64,000 bases of DNA, taken from contig OZ024740.1 of assembly GCA_964016885.1 (NCBI GenBank), positions 347,076,001 to 347,140,000 of the forward strand, in the 5' to 3' direction. This DNA is from Eledone cirrhosa. Lineage: Eukaryota. Under the pieces are notes generated by a model that did no database searches, was not told where the DNA came from, and saw only the letters and a program-made list of their open reading frames with translations. Made by a program: the position numbers and the translations under genes. Shown here piece by piece: positions 28,080 through 42,073 of the stretch (position 1 is the stretch's first letter; the number at the start of each line of letters is the position of its first letter).

Positions 28080-29045
28080 TTGTATCGGTTTTAGGAAATG
28101 GTATTTGTAAGAAAGAAGGCTAAATTATGTATTTTAATATAAGTAGAATATTAATTATAGGTTAACTAAAATAAAAATAGTTAATATATTAATTTCTAAG
28201 GTGTATACTACTTAGGTTTATAATATTTAAAGCGGAATTTTGAAGTTAAACAGTAGTAGAGTATTAATTATAGCATAACTAAATTAAAAATAATTACATA
28301 TATTAACATGATGGTATCAATTTTAGGAAATGAATTTTGTAATAGGGAAAGCCAAATTAAGTATTTCATCGGTAGTAGAATATTAATTATAGGTTAACTA
28401 AATTAAAAATTATATATTAATTTCTATAGTATATGTTAATTAGGTTTATAATAATTAAAGCAAAATTTTGTATTTTATCTATAGTAGAATTTTAATTATA
28501 GGTTAACTAAATTAAAAATAATCTATATATTAATTTGTAAAGTGTATATTAATTAGGTATATATTTAACAGTTTTTCTCAGTTTATGATTACATGATATT
28601 CTGAAATCCATCTGTATTAGAATTTTAATTATAAGCTAACTAAATTAAAATTATAGGTTAACTAAATTAAAATTAATTTATATATTAATTTCTAAATTGT
28701 ATATTAATAAGGTTTATAATATTAAAAAGTATTTCTCCGTTATTAATTACACGATATTTTGTTGTATTTCATCTGTAAAAGAATTTTAATAATAGGTTAA
28801 ATAAACTAAAATTAATCTATATATTAATTTCCAAAGTATATATTAATTATGTTAATAATATTTAAATTTTTTTCACAGTTTATGATTATACGATATTTTT
28901 TAATTTCGTCTGTAGTAGAATTTTAATTAAATTAAAATTATAGATTAACTACATTAAAATTAATTTATATATTAATTTCTAAAATATATATTATTAATTA
29001 GGTTTATAATATTTAAATGTTTTTCACAGTTAATGATTACACGAT
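28080..29045. repeat. AT-rich degenerate minisatellite (~115-165 bp units) downstream of PLE D
   Basis: Recurring AGTAGAAT(A/T)TTAATTATAGGTTAACTAAATTAAAA at ~28142, 28255, 28375, 28483, 28617, 28780, 28914. Confidence 0.8.
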
Positions 29046-31089
29046 ATAATTAATTCTTGTCGCTTATTTAATAGGATATCCTTAGATTTCATTATTTCAA
29101 ATAGTTCTTGGGAACACAATCTACATTCATTTCTATTATTTTGATAAGGGGTGGCTCTTTTGAGCACACTCCAGGTCATATCATATTCTATATTCTTATT
29201 TCTATAACTATTAATTTATTCTGCTAGAGATGTTGTGTTAGCCAGTGCGGCATTTTTAAAACTATGTTTGTGGGTATTAAACCTTACCTTAAAATTGTTA
29301 GAAGTAGCTCCTATATATGAGCAAATAGAATCCTTAGTTTTAACTTTACATTTATAAACTGTTGTTAACAAGACAATTTCCTTTTAATGGGCAGTTTGTC
29401 TTGTTTCTACAGTTACAACCTTTCGTTAATTCTGTATTTGAGGAGATATTATGGTTAGTTTGATGTATTGGTGGTATACTTATGGTTCTTTTTACATTTA
29501 TATGCATTATAGGCACTTATATTTTGTTTTATGTTTTTGGTTGTTGAGTATGAGAATTTAACTGTTGATCTATTTAAGATTTGATGGTATTTGTGGTTTG
29601 GCGGGAAGTTTTTCTCTAGGATATTAAAAAATTTTTTAGGTATATTATCCTTAATTTATAAATTAAATGGAGCATTATACCAAGTAACTCGTCTATTGCG
29701 GTTTCTATGTTGTTTATTGTTTTTATAGGATGCATCCTGATGTTTACTAGGAGGATTAATGTTAATGACCTCACCACGCACATTTTTAGTTAGATTTATT
29801 GATTTAGGTGTTTTAGCTTGTTTATTAGAAGTTTTATTATTAACATTTATTAGAGTTGTATGATGAGTAGTTTTTTGAGAGTTACTATACTTTATATTAG
29901 AGGAGTTAGAGAAATTTGGTTTTATGTTGGTATTTTGGGGTATAGTGTGAGTGGCATTTAGGTGTGTACTTTTCATTTGGTGTTTGTTGGTAATATTAGG
30001 TTGTATGTTTATAGTGTTATTAGTAGAAGGTATATATTCCAATCTATTTTTGTGGCCACTTCTATCTAGAGCTTCGTTATAGAAGGTCGCATTTTTATCA
30101 AATACATCTTGGTTAGACGAAAGGTTAGAAATTCTAAGTGATATATTATATGCAAGGTTTTTAAGGATAGATTTAGGGTGATTAGATTGTGAGTGTATGT
30201 AGTGTAAGTTTTGGTTGGGTTTATGGTAAGGTTGGTAGATACCCGTAGCCAAGTCTAAAGTTATATCTAGGAAATTAACTACTTTACTTGTGTTTTCAAA
30301 AGTAATATCAAGACTATAATAGTCTTTAAGGAAAGTTCTAATAAGCTTTTTGTTTTTTTCTATTCCTGAGAGGCTAAGGTTGTTGGAAAGAAGAAGACAG
30401 TCATCACGATATAAACCACCTTTAAGGTGGGGAAAGGAAGCATTTATGTTAAAAAGAAGAAAGAGGCCCACAAGATCAGTAATTTGGGCAGAATCGCTTG
30501 AACCCATAGTAATATCAAATAGATTACTATATGTGTTTCTGGTCCAGTATTCATTCTGAAATTCAATAAGTGTTAGTCTAGCATGTGTAATAATATTAAT
30601 GTCATCCAAAGTTAAGTTAGATCTATTTTTAGCAAATATCAAAGCTTTGTTCAGGAGTATAGGTGATATAGAAGAATAGTAATTATCTATATCAAATTGT
30701 AGAAATGAAGCAGAAGACTTACATCTAATATTATTAAACCAGTTAATTACCTGGGAAGTGTTTTCCCAGAGTGGTAAATTAACATGTTTTCTTATTTGTG
30801 GGATGACTCTATCCAAAAATTTTTTGCTAATTATTCCAATATCCGATTTGGAGGGACATATAAGTCTTATAGAAGGATTAGAGTTAAAGTTTGATTTATG
30901 ATCTTTCAGGTTGAAATGTGGTCTTTTCAATGCCAAAGGTTCAGTTCTATCTTCAATATTTAGTTTATTCACTATGTTGTGTGTTTTGTTGTTGATGTTG
31001 GTGAGTGACGCATTTTTAGTTTTTCTATAATTTTTCCTGAGTTCTTTATATATGAACTCATTGTAATTTTCAATATCCATGTGATATAG

Positions 31090-31090
<1 letters not shown>
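29045..31090 (-). pseudogene. Penelope-like element D (Naiad-type) RT plus GIY-YIG, 5'-truncated
   Basis: 474-aa ORF with LKDHK, RLICPSKSDIG, FDIDNYY, MGSSD, LYRDD, NFLD, WYNAPF; downstream GCNCRNKTNCPLKGNC and SYIGATS. Confidence 0.93.
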
Positions 31091-31145
<55 letters not shown>

Positions 31146-31314
31146 GTCAAAATTTCCTGAGTCAGTTTTTAATTTTTTTAGTTGTTCTGATCCTAGCGGC
31201 TCTCTTATAGGTCGCTGTCTTCAATTTGCATAGCTGTCTAATGGTAATGTTATAACTCTAAGGTAAAATTCCTTATTGAGTGATTTACCTGCACATTCAA
31301 ACTGCATTCGTTAG

Positions 31315-31366
<52 letters not shown>

Positions 31367-31452
31367 AGAAGGAAGTACAGCATAATCGAAGCTTTGGTTG
31401 CAGCCAAGCTAACGAATGCAGTTGAAATGTATATATATATATATGTGTGTGT

Positions 31453-31548
<96 letters not shown>

Positions 31549-31694
31549 ATGTATGTATTATTTATACAGATGCCTACATATATATATATCTAAGTGAGAG
31601 AGCTATGTAAATATAACTTTCACATATATGACAGACAATGTTTATGATAAATATGCACACAAACCAGCAGGCAGATATATACATAGATACATAG

Positions 31695-31696
31695 AC

Positions 31697-31778
<82 letters not shown>
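31695..31778. repeat. (GATA)n microsatellite
   Basis: Direct inspection. Confidence 0.95.
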
Positions 31779-32180
31779 TTAGGTAGTCAGATAGACGCAA
31801 TAGATGCTCGTGAATCGAAATATAAATGTAGATTTATCATGACAATTTAGATGGAAGGAAGAAATAATGGCAGGCGCGAAACTTACGCGCTTTCGATGAC
31901 AAGCAGGTGGTCGTCAATGTTGATGAAACTGTTTCCTCTCGGAAAGGAATATACCATTAAAATAACGCTGGAATTTACATCTGCCTAAAAGAGTTATGAC
32001 GTCGGCTATTCCAAGAAATTAAGAATTTTTGCAATTTTAGATAAATTATGTAAAATGGTGCTGAAATATAAGCCGTTTATATATGTAAACATATATGTAT
32101 GAGTGCGTTTGATGTGTGTTCGTGTACACATATATAAGAATATAACACTCTCTAGCCTCATAGACATATATATATATATA

Positions 32181-32362
<182 letters not shown>

Positions 32363-32626
32363 TGAATCCAGCAATTAATGGTAGGGTCCAAGCCGTATGA
32401 AGAACTCAATGTGATCCGTATGTAGAAGGTGTCGTGAAGCAAAGATTAAAATACAAAATTTCAAAGATTAAAATACAAAATTTCATTGGAAGCAGAGTCA
32501 AAATAATACAAATAGTGAAAACAATCAAATTAAACAAAATACGGGTAATTCATAGTAAAACTCAAAATAATGAGTTTTACTATGAATTAACCGTATTTTG
32601 TTTAATTTCATTGTTTTCACTATTTG

Positions 32627-32746
<120 letters not shown>

Positions 32747-32791
32747 TAATTCAAAATATTAACATAAATAGAACTTCTTGTGATCAAGTAT

Positions 32792-32856
32792 ATTTGATTA
32801 TACATATTTCAGAGGTACTGAGCTAACTTCAACATTACGTCCTCATCAGATAAAAT
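32792..32856 (-). ncRNA. Type I HHR, family Z, left arm
   Basis: Reverse complement of 33118-33182 with a few changes. Confidence 0.75.
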
Positions 32857-33117
32857 AAGATGATGCATAACATACCCTGACATAGTAGATGGTTAAGATC
32901 CAGTCATGGTAGTGAGTAAGATATGACAAAACTCAATATTTATATACCTTAAGATTGATACATGAAAAAGCCTACATATAATACATATATGTATTATATG
33001 TAGGGTTTTCATATATCAATCTTAAGGTATAGAACTATTGAGTTTTGTCATATCTTAATCACTACCATGACTGGATCTTAACCATCTACTATGTCAGGGT
33101 ATATCATGCATCATCTT

Positions 33118-33182
33118 ATTTTATCTGATGAGGACGTACTGTTGAAGTTAACTCAGTACCTCTGAAATATGTATAATAAAAT
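33118..33182 (+). ncRNA. Type I HHR, family Z
   Basis: ATTTTAT-CTGATGA-GGACGTACTG..CAGTACCTCT-GAAA-TATGTA-TA-ATAAAAT. Confidence 0.88.
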
Positions 33183-33353
33183 ATACTTGATCACAAGAAG
33201 TTCTATATTTGTTAATATTTTGAATTAATATTAATAACTCCGGTAAACCATTGCTGTTGAGTGCTTACAATCTATTGTAAAACTAATTCTTTGATTTAAA
33301 TCATTGAACCTTGTTTAACCTTTAAATATATATATTATATATATATATATATA

Positions 33354-34654
33354 CAGGGTGGGGCATAAAAACTGTTACATAATAAAATGCAAATAGTTCT
33401 TGAAAAAAACATTTATTTCAAGATCTGACTTCAACAAATAGTAAGTAATATACTATTAAACAACTGCACAAAAATTTATTCAAAATGCTTTCCTCTAGCT
33501 CTCACTACTGCTCGAAGACTTCTAGGAAAGTCTTCGATGGCTGCACGAACAATTTCCATGGGTATTTTCTCCCTACTTTATTCAGTTTTGAATTTAGAGT
33601 TTCAATATTTTGGCTAGGAGTAGAGCAGGCTTCACTCTCAAGAATTGACCATAAAAAACATCGAGAGGGTTGATATCTGTTGATGTGGGATGCCAATGTT
33701 CCTTACTGATCCATGCAGGACAATTGTCTCTATACCACTGTTGCGTTATGCAAGCAGTGTGGCTCGTCGCTCCATCTTGTTGGAGAGTCCAAATGTCATC
33801 ACCATAAACAGATATGCACCATGGCATCAGTGCTCCTTCCAAAATATCCTTTATGCAAAGTTCTTTGTTAATTTTAACTCCTTGAGGCACAAAAATCAGA
33901 GGAGACTTCCCTCTTTCAGAAATGGCTGCGCAAACCATCACTGATGCTGGTTTCTGTGTTCTGAAGACTTTTCCTACACTTGAAGGAATTGATTTGAGAC
34001 TTTTTGCAAGTAATCGATCATTTTGATGATTGAGAGACTGCTGCAAAGTGAATAACTTCTCATCTGTAAAGATGATGTTTTGCAGCGTGCCATCCTTGAT
34101 ACGGTTCAATAACAGTTTACTTCTGGAGAACCTCTTTTCAATTGTGGCTGCAGAAAGAAGCTGCCTCTTTTGGAACTTATAGGATGACATCCCCAGATCA
34201 TCTCGACATATCCTCCGCATAGTTCTCGGTGATGTTTCTGCTTCTTCTGCCATTTTTCTCATGGACCTTCTCGGATTACGCCTCATTTTCCCCTCACACT
34301 TTTAACGAGTTTTGGTGTTCTTGAGGTGCGAGGGCATCCGGATTGAGGTCTGTCTTTGGTCGAGGATCTTTCCTTAAATCGATCAATTGTCCTTTTGATC
34401 AACATTCTATTGATCTTAAGAATTTTCGCCAGTTTAAATATCTTGGGTGGAGTCAGGCCTTTTTTCATGCTTCTCTATAATGAACTTTCTTTTTTCAATT
34501 CTATGGACATTGCAAATTGTTAATGGAGTAATGTTCTGAAAAATAGTTAATATGGTTATAGTGCATGGATTTGATACAAATATATTAGTTATATTAGCAA
34601 TATAATGTATTTTTAAATTGATTTAAATCTTTGTAACAGGAATTATGCCCCACC

Positions 34655-34657
<3 letters not shown>
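33354..34657 (-). mobile_element. Tc1/mariner DD37D (maT) transposon, ~1.3 kb
   Basis: TIRs CAGGGTGGGGCATAA / TTATGCCCCACCCTG flanked by TA; transposase FTDEK..QQDGA-x-SxDINPLD with 37 residues between the second and third D. Confidence 0.93.
33503..34510 (-). pseudogene. DD37D transposase, frameshifted
   Basis: ORF pieces 34283-34468, 33594-34286 and 33505-33696 join into HTH plus DDD domains. Confidence 0.9.
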
Positions 34658-34692
<35 letters not shown>

Positions 34693-34791
34693 CGTTGAAA
34701 AATATATCAATATGCCCAGACATGCAGACATTTGGCCTTGGTATGACAGTGTGGTTTTAGCTCAATGTAGGATAATTAGTATATACAGAAC

Positions 34792-35065
34792 CGTTATAGT
34801 TATAGGAATAACCAAAGAGTGCTTAGAAATACATTGTTTTATTAGCTAACAGTGTTTCATCCATACAACATGGCAGGAATCATCAGAGCTTATAAACATG
34901 AGTATATCAGTAGTTGCATGCTCCATCAAGCTGCGTCACCAGTACAAGGTTAAAGGACCAGCTGGGGGGGTCCCGAGGCCAGCGCTATATGGGTGTATGG
35001 ATGAAACACTGTTAGCTAATAAAACAATGTATTTCTAAGTACACTTTGGTTATTCCTATAACTAT

Positions 35066-35066
<1 letters not shown>
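34792..35066 (-). mobile_element. Solo pLTR with inverted partial copy; HHR at 34844-34890 (-)
   Basis: Minus strand AGCT-CTGATGA-TTCC..GGAT-GAAA-CACTG-TT-AGCT-AATAAA; 34995-35066 is the reverse complement of ~34795-34866. Confidence 0.75.
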
Positions 35067-35104
<38 letters not shown>

Positions 35105-35149
35105 AGTATTATGTTGTTAAACAATATTCGATGATTATGTCAAAGAATG

Positions 35150-35385
35150 AGTTTTACAGTAGATTGGAAGCACTCAACCGTAAAAAAATAATTTTCAGAA
35201 GTTATTAATATTAAAATATAAGTATTAATAAAATAGATGTTCTTTTGATCAATTACATTTTATTATACATATTTCGGATGTACAACAGTACGTCCTCATC
35301 AGACAAAATATAATGATACATGACATACCCTGAGATATTAAATGGTTAAGATTTAATCAAGGTAGTGATTACCCGATAGGACATT
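35150..35385 (-). mobile_element. Family Z-related pLTR; HHR at 35257-35309 (-)
   Basis: Minus strand ATTTTGT-CTGATGA-GGACGTAC-tgtt-GTACATCC-GAAA-TATGTA-TA-ATAAAAT; flanks align to 33040-33290. Confidence 0.8.
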
Positions 35386-36567
35386 TTGCTTATATACTAT
35401 ATGTGTGAGAGTGCGAAAACGTAATGAATTCATTACAGAATGTGTGAGTAAGAAAAAACGTTGCATACTTAAAGTGTTCTAAAATTTTAAATTGTATGAT
35501 ACAATAATATCTAGGGAACGTCTCATGAATCATAACAGCCAGTGATAGCCACTGGAAAAAGATTTATAAGGAGGGAAAGATAAAGTGTGTGGGGTCTTTT
35601 TCGAAAGTTAAACGGTTAGAATTTGGAAATATTTAATTTATAATATTAATGTGAAGACTCCAGATTTCATGAATATTTGCTATTTAATTATATATTTTTT
35701 ATATAAATTCGATAAGTGTGTTATCATTTCTAAACTTCTGAATTGTGAGAATAACAATTTAATGGATTTAGCCGGCACGTAAAGAATGAAATATTATACT
35801 GTTGATTAATTACCTAAATCTAGACTTTAACAAATATCTCAACATATTAGGTATGTAAAGCTTTTGTAGTACTTATTGTTATAAATATTTGAATAACTAT
35901 TATGTATATAGGTATATATTAATGAAACAGTATATATAAGGTAAAAATAAAATAAATAATATGTTACAGATAAAATTTATACATATGTATAATTATTCTT
36001 CAACCAAGATATCAACGTATTATTAGATATAGGGATGTATATATATAGATATATGTTAGGTATTATTAATGTAGTATACTTTAGGTAAATGATAACAGTT
36101 ATACTCTTAACAATATGTCACATTTAAATATATATATACATATAAGAAAAACGAACAATGAGTGCACGTATAAAGTTCAAAATAATGTCTATAATAATTT
36201 TTAGTTTGGATATTTTCTCTATATTTGAATCATGTATATAGAAGTATGGTAGGTATATTTTAAAATATTTAAAAGTATATAGAATACAATATATAACTAC
36301 ATATATATTATAAAACATTATATTATAAATAAATAGATAAGGAATCGAAAGTACAGCGAAAAAACTTCACATTTAGATATAAGTTTGAATCCGTCTCTAA
36401 TTTAGATATTATAGTGTGTGATCCTTCCGTGGGTGTTTCTCACAAATATATTTTCTGCAGTTCACAGATTTGATAAACAACTATGTATATTGCAGTGTCT
36501 TTTCAAGACAGCGTTTTGAATAGATGAACTATACTAGATTTCTGTATGCCTTGGGATTTATTAGCTA

Positions 36568-37449
36568 TTGTATGAACCCAAGATGCAAGAGATAGCAAAT
36601 AGTAAATTCTTTATTTGATACCATATTATTCATAAATCTTACGCTAGCATTGTTTTAAATTTGAAATATACGACATTGAATAATTTCTTTGTTAGAAACT
36701 GATATCATCAGGCATGTGGTCCTCCCTTGGAAATATATCTGCAAATAGCTGATGAATTATTAAAAAAAAACACTTGATAACTGGATACATTCCTTGGCTG
36801 TCAGTGTCTAAAAGTTACATACTCTGGTTTAAAATATTAGATTTTCTAAAATTCTAATATTCTACAGACAAGTAGTAAAGTATTTAGTTATGTTATATTG
36901 GTTTAAATCATATTTGTTTGAGTTATGTAGCCACCAGGAGTTTTTCTTGGGAGAAGGTTCCATTTTGTACGAGTGATTGCTTCTCATATTAGTCAACGTT
37001 TAGAGTTAGATATTTCATACTAATCCTGCCTTTGTAATTTCAAAGTTGTCAACATTTTTTCTTGTGATTTTGATTCCCGAAACCAAGAATATCTTTGCAG
37101 AATTATAATTGGCAGAATTATAATTGGCAATTAAGAAAATGTGACTTTGATAATTCCGATTTTGCATGAAGATATGATATCAAAAGGCCTACAGTTAAAT
37201 TTCGTCACGGTGTTAAGAGCTATAAATTGTTCAAGGGTAGATGACTGACATATTGTGGAATGTGCGAGTTTTTGTCAGTTTGGTAAAATGACCAAACTAT
37301 AAGTGTTATATCACAACATCGTGTTATTATTGTTTGCGACAATTTCATATATACTCCATTTAAAAGAATGCTAGGTACGATTTATGAAAAATATGGTATC
37401 AAATAAAGAATAGAGTATTTGCTATCTCTTGCATCTTGAGTTCATACAA
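36568..37449. mobile_element. MITE-like non-autonomous DNA element with ~83-bp imperfect TIRs
   Basis: TTGTATGAACCCAAGATGCAAGAGATAGCAAATA.. at 36568-36651 versus ..TATTTGCTATCTCTTGCATCTTGAGTTCATACAA at 37367-37449; no coding capacity. Confidence 0.6.
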
Positions 37450-39119
37450 ATATTCATCCATTTGTTACGCAATTACAGTTAGAGACTGTTTATATTTATT
37501 AACGAATTAAAAGAGAATGTTGCTATTAGAATATATTTTCAATATCACCCTATTCAAACATCTGTCTAGACAGTATTATCATTGAAGTCACCGAAAATTA
37601 GAAATTTCTCACACTATGTTAGAGTATATTACTGACGTGGCACCACAGGAATATTCAATTCGTCTTTCTAAATAACTGCGAAGAGAATGCATGAAGATCG
37701 ATTAAGCAAAATGATAGTTCTACAGCTGATCATTTCTTCTGTAATCAATTCCATACATTTTGTTACCCATTACATTTACATAACGGCATTACTACTTCCT
37801 GTTGATAGTATCATCACCGACACATCTAACTCAAAACCGACACAACACACTCAAACCACACCCATATCCTCCTATAATTACTAGACTGTGTAACTGTGTC
37901 CATACTTCTGCCAATTGCAAGAAATTAATTACCTGATGCTGCTATACGCCAATGCTTTTGCAATATCGAAAATGTCTCATTTTCTCTACACTAAACCATT
38001 TTCTCTCTCAGTATTCAACACTGGAAACATATCCTTCAGCAAGATTGTTGTCATGCTCAACTCCACAATTTCACAACATTCACTTACCTTGAATTATTCT
38101 GCATAATAATTTATCGACGTTCATATATATTTGAACTATACTTTGGCTTTATTATACTTTTATAATCTAGACTTTTTTTCAATATATCGAATGGATATAT
38201 AACTTTCTTTTTTTACAGAAGTAAACGTGAAACAGTTTTGTGGTGAACAATTGCTATTGTGTTGACAATGCCGTTTACAGTTATTCCGTTATCACATGTA
38301 AATCTGTACAAAATCACTACTATGTTCAAATAGAGTTCAAACTAGCTAGTCACCGGTTAACTTTATGCTCGATTGCGAGTGATAAAATGTAGCTTATAGT
38401 CAAACGATGGAAGCCTATATCCCTTAGTTAAGATTAGAATACATCATTTTTAATATTTTGACAGTCGAATAAAGAAATTTCATTCCAACGTGTGGGTCTC
38501 GTCAACTGGTTTTGAGATGGTGTGGTTAGGTGTGAATGTAAAGACCAATAGGACCCATGCTCTTTCGACGGTCGGTGTCTCGGTTTCCCCACTAACCTAA
38601 ACGTCTATTCGATAAATTAACTCACAAGTGGCTAGATATTCCACAAACACGTGTGTCTTTAATGTAATTCTTGGAAAGATAAAGTGGGGCAAAATGTGTG
38701 ACAAGATTGATAACTGATCATAGGTAGAATCCATCCAATTGTGTGGAAATAAGAACAAATGCGAAGTGCTTTTAAACCAATGATAGAAAACAAAAGAAGA
38801 AATTAATTCTGTTATTTCTATTGTCAGGTAAGCCCTTTCAAGAAGACGGTTAATCCAAGACATTCTAACCATTGTTCTGGAATTCTGATTCTTCAGCGGC
38901 GTTCATATTGCGCCTTTATTTCTAAACGGCATTGTGGGAAGTGAAGAAGATTTCGCAAATTTATATTGTAAGTGTGCAATGGCATAGAGCTTCCCTGAAT
39001 ATTATGTGATAAAAGTATAATTAATATGTGAAATTAACTATAAGGAACTGGTTGAAAAAATCTACAACGCCTATATTTTTTCAACATTAATACAAGGCCA
39101 CACGTATAGGGGATGCGGA

Positions 39120-39215
39120 TAATCGATTAAAATTAACCCAGTAAAGGGCTGGTTCTTTATTTTATCGACCGTTAGCATGAAAAGTCAGATAAATTTCGCG
39201 GCGAATTGAATGCAA
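39120..39215 (-). mobile_element. Old SINE remnant with Meta-like core
   Basis: CTTTATTTTATCGACC..ATGAAA..GCGGCGAATTGAA matches the reverse complement of the SINE core. Confidence 0.55.
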
Positions 39216-41039
39216 AGAGCAAAGTGTCGAAACAATTACCGAAATCCATTTTGTTGAAACATCTAAGGACTTTTTCAATCCAACATTTTAATACCAAAAC
39301 TAATATTAACTTAATGCGATAATATTTATGATGATTATAACTATAGTGATGATTCCGATGATGACGATAAGTCATGGTTGAATTGATGGTCTAATGATTA
39401 TGGAGCATAATGATGATTATGAAGATTTACAAAGATGATGACGGTGGCGATAGCTGTTTGTTAGTTCCAAACCACCCTTCTTCTAGTAAACATATTTTCA
39501 GATGCATTGCAGACGTGACCATCGAGTTGTGCATATATCCTTAGATATATGTGTTTTCCTTATACATTTCTTTAACGATTCTGACACTTCACTGTGCTTA
39601 CATCAACTAGAGAAATAAAGATTACTTATCAAGTCGATGAAAGAATAGTTGATAAAATCAAATACATCAAGCGTTATATTTCCTGAAAACAAACGTAACA
39701 ACTTCCATTCAACGTATGCATATTTGCATCTAGTTGTAATTAAGATACATCTGCGCTTCTTGATACTCCTATTACCGGTTTCTTTATTGCCGTAGGGTGA
39801 AACGCTAAAAATATTAAAATATATAATATATAATATATACTGAAAAATTAAAACAAATATTTGAAGAATTATCCAGGGGAGATATTTGTGGATCATTTGA
39901 TAAGGGCTCAAGACAAGATTCTGTAACTGAATAAAACACCAATCAACCACGAGAAACAAAGAAAAAAATAACTGATATTTCCATCATATTTATTTTTATA
40001 TAGTTATTTGGTTTTCTTTTTCATTTTATTTACTATATTTAAGCTAGTTTTCAAATTCTTCTGGTGGAAAAAAATAATGTTTTATTTTCTCCTCTGATCT
40101 AATTGAATTATCAAACATAATCACCCTGTATGAAAACTGATTGGCAAACCGTATGATTGAAATGTTTCATCGAAATAGACTAATGAACACTTTAGGAGCA
40201 TGAGTGCATATATATTTAGGTTTGTGATTTTTATTTCTATTTTATATATTACATATAATTTGGCAATGAAGATGCCCAAGAAAATCGTACGCATTAAATG
40301 CACTTAATATAACTCATCTGGGTATTGACAGGAAATTCACTTGTGTTGAATATTGCCCTATAGATCACTCGTAGATCACAAGCTAATAGCAATATAATAA
40401 ATTATTGCAATGTGGTAGATTCTTAGAATCAGTAGACCATTTTTCAAAATTGGATGCGGTATTTAGTTCGAATTTCGCTGGATTCAGTCGATGCAGTATA
40501 TGATTGTGAAGTATTGGTATCGATGTTATCGATTACACTTTATTTTAATCATTGTGGTCATGTTTTACGATGGAAATCGGTGTACTGTGTGAATGTAACA
40601 GACTGGATATTTCCTCGTGCGCTCCTGAGTCGTTAGAATATACATTTTAGTTTAATTGCTACTAGAATTGGTGTTTAATTTTTCGGGTTAAATACAATAG
40701 CCATACAATCGATAGGTTTACTGCAGTGAACATCACAATATAGTGCACCATTTCTACTGAAAATGTAAAGTATTGTTAGTAAATATACACCAGGTTATCA
40801 TAATAAATGTCTCAAATGTTTTGCGTGCTGTGGGAAGCAGAGTAATCTATTAGACTTAACACTTCGGCATAGCACAACATCATTTTCCATTATGTGAACA
40901 ATATTTTTTTCAAAGCAGATCAAAACCACTTATTTTATTAAGACAGTAAATCTAACTATTAGTGTGCCGCAAAAGTTCGTATATAAGCACAACATTGTGA
41001 ATACATAATCAAGAAATATAATTGATAAAACAATTATAC

Positions 41040-42010
41040 CCGGCATGAAAGTTTGTAAGAGCTGTATTCATGTCTCATAGACCTCAAAAAGGCATCTGAT
41101 GGCACTCCACGGGATCTGCTCTTGAGGTTCCCTTAAGAATATGGTATCGATGGACAAGGATGCTTATTCTCAGCTCTCCAATTATAATCTCTATGAAGGA
41201 GATTGACATGCGCAGCCAGGCTGTTAGCGGTGTCAAGTATGGCGCGTGTAGGATCAGTCGACATGAATTTGAAAAACAACATGATATTACTTAATGCGTC
41301 AGACGTTGGTCTCCGACATGCACTCGATAGGTTTACTGCCGGCTGCTACACGGGAGGAATGAAAATAAATACTGCGAAAGCCGAGACACCTTTTCTCAAA
41401 GAAGCCTGCACTGTTCACTCTCTATGTGAGGTAAGTTCTACTGAAGCGCGAGATACTCAAATATCTCCATGCCGTGCTCATGGGTGAGGAAAGGCTGGAG
41501 CCTGAATTAAGTTCAAGAATTACAGGACCTGTTTCAGTAATGCTGCATCTTCAATATTTTGTTATCCGGAAGAAGGTAGTTGTAAAAGTAAAATTCATTA
41601 TCGGCATTTATGTCAACCCTCTCTTAAGGTCAGGAATCTTGGGTAATGACTGAAAGAATATAATTGCACTTACAAGCAGACAAAATGGGGTTCCTCTGAA
41701 GGGTTTTGGAGTAACATTACTCGATATAATGCGTAGCTTACAGATCAGTGAGTTGTTACTTCTCCGAATTGAGAGATTACAGCATAGATACTACGGAACT
41801 GTAATTAGAATGTCTAAGGAGAGAATCAGGGGACAGGTCTTGCAGGCAACCCAGGGATAGATGTTCGGATAATGTTCATGAGCTTGGATTGTTTCACTTT
41901 GGATTCCGGCCGGCTCAATTACAGACAGCTGTTTACTGAGAGGACACGCTAGCGGGCATGCTTAAAGACTGTGGTCCCCCTCCCCGACACGCCTAGGAAT
42001 AAGTGCGCAA
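41040..42010 (+). mobile_element. Degenerate RTE-clade LINE 3' portion
   Basis: LRHALDRF..GMKINTAK..GQESWVMTERI..QADKMGFL*RV..GVTLLD; ends at (TA)n. Confidence 0.75.
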
Positions 42011-42012
42011 AG

Positions 42013-42073
<61 letters not shown>

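Noticed and set aside
28080-29045. CRISPR-like repeat/spacer appearance
   Set aside because: Whole units are homologous (tandem repeat), context is eukaryotic, and there are no cas genes
21641-31090. Selenocysteine recoding in Naiad-type elements B, C and D
   Set aside because: Some Naiads encode Sec, but the conserved Cys positions I read here are TGT/TGC; the few TGAs (e.g. ~23237) are not at Cys motifs and co-occur with other disabling mutations
39603-39959. 118-aa minus-strand ORF with splice-like sites
   Set aside because: No recognisable domain; composition typical of AT-rich non-coding DNA
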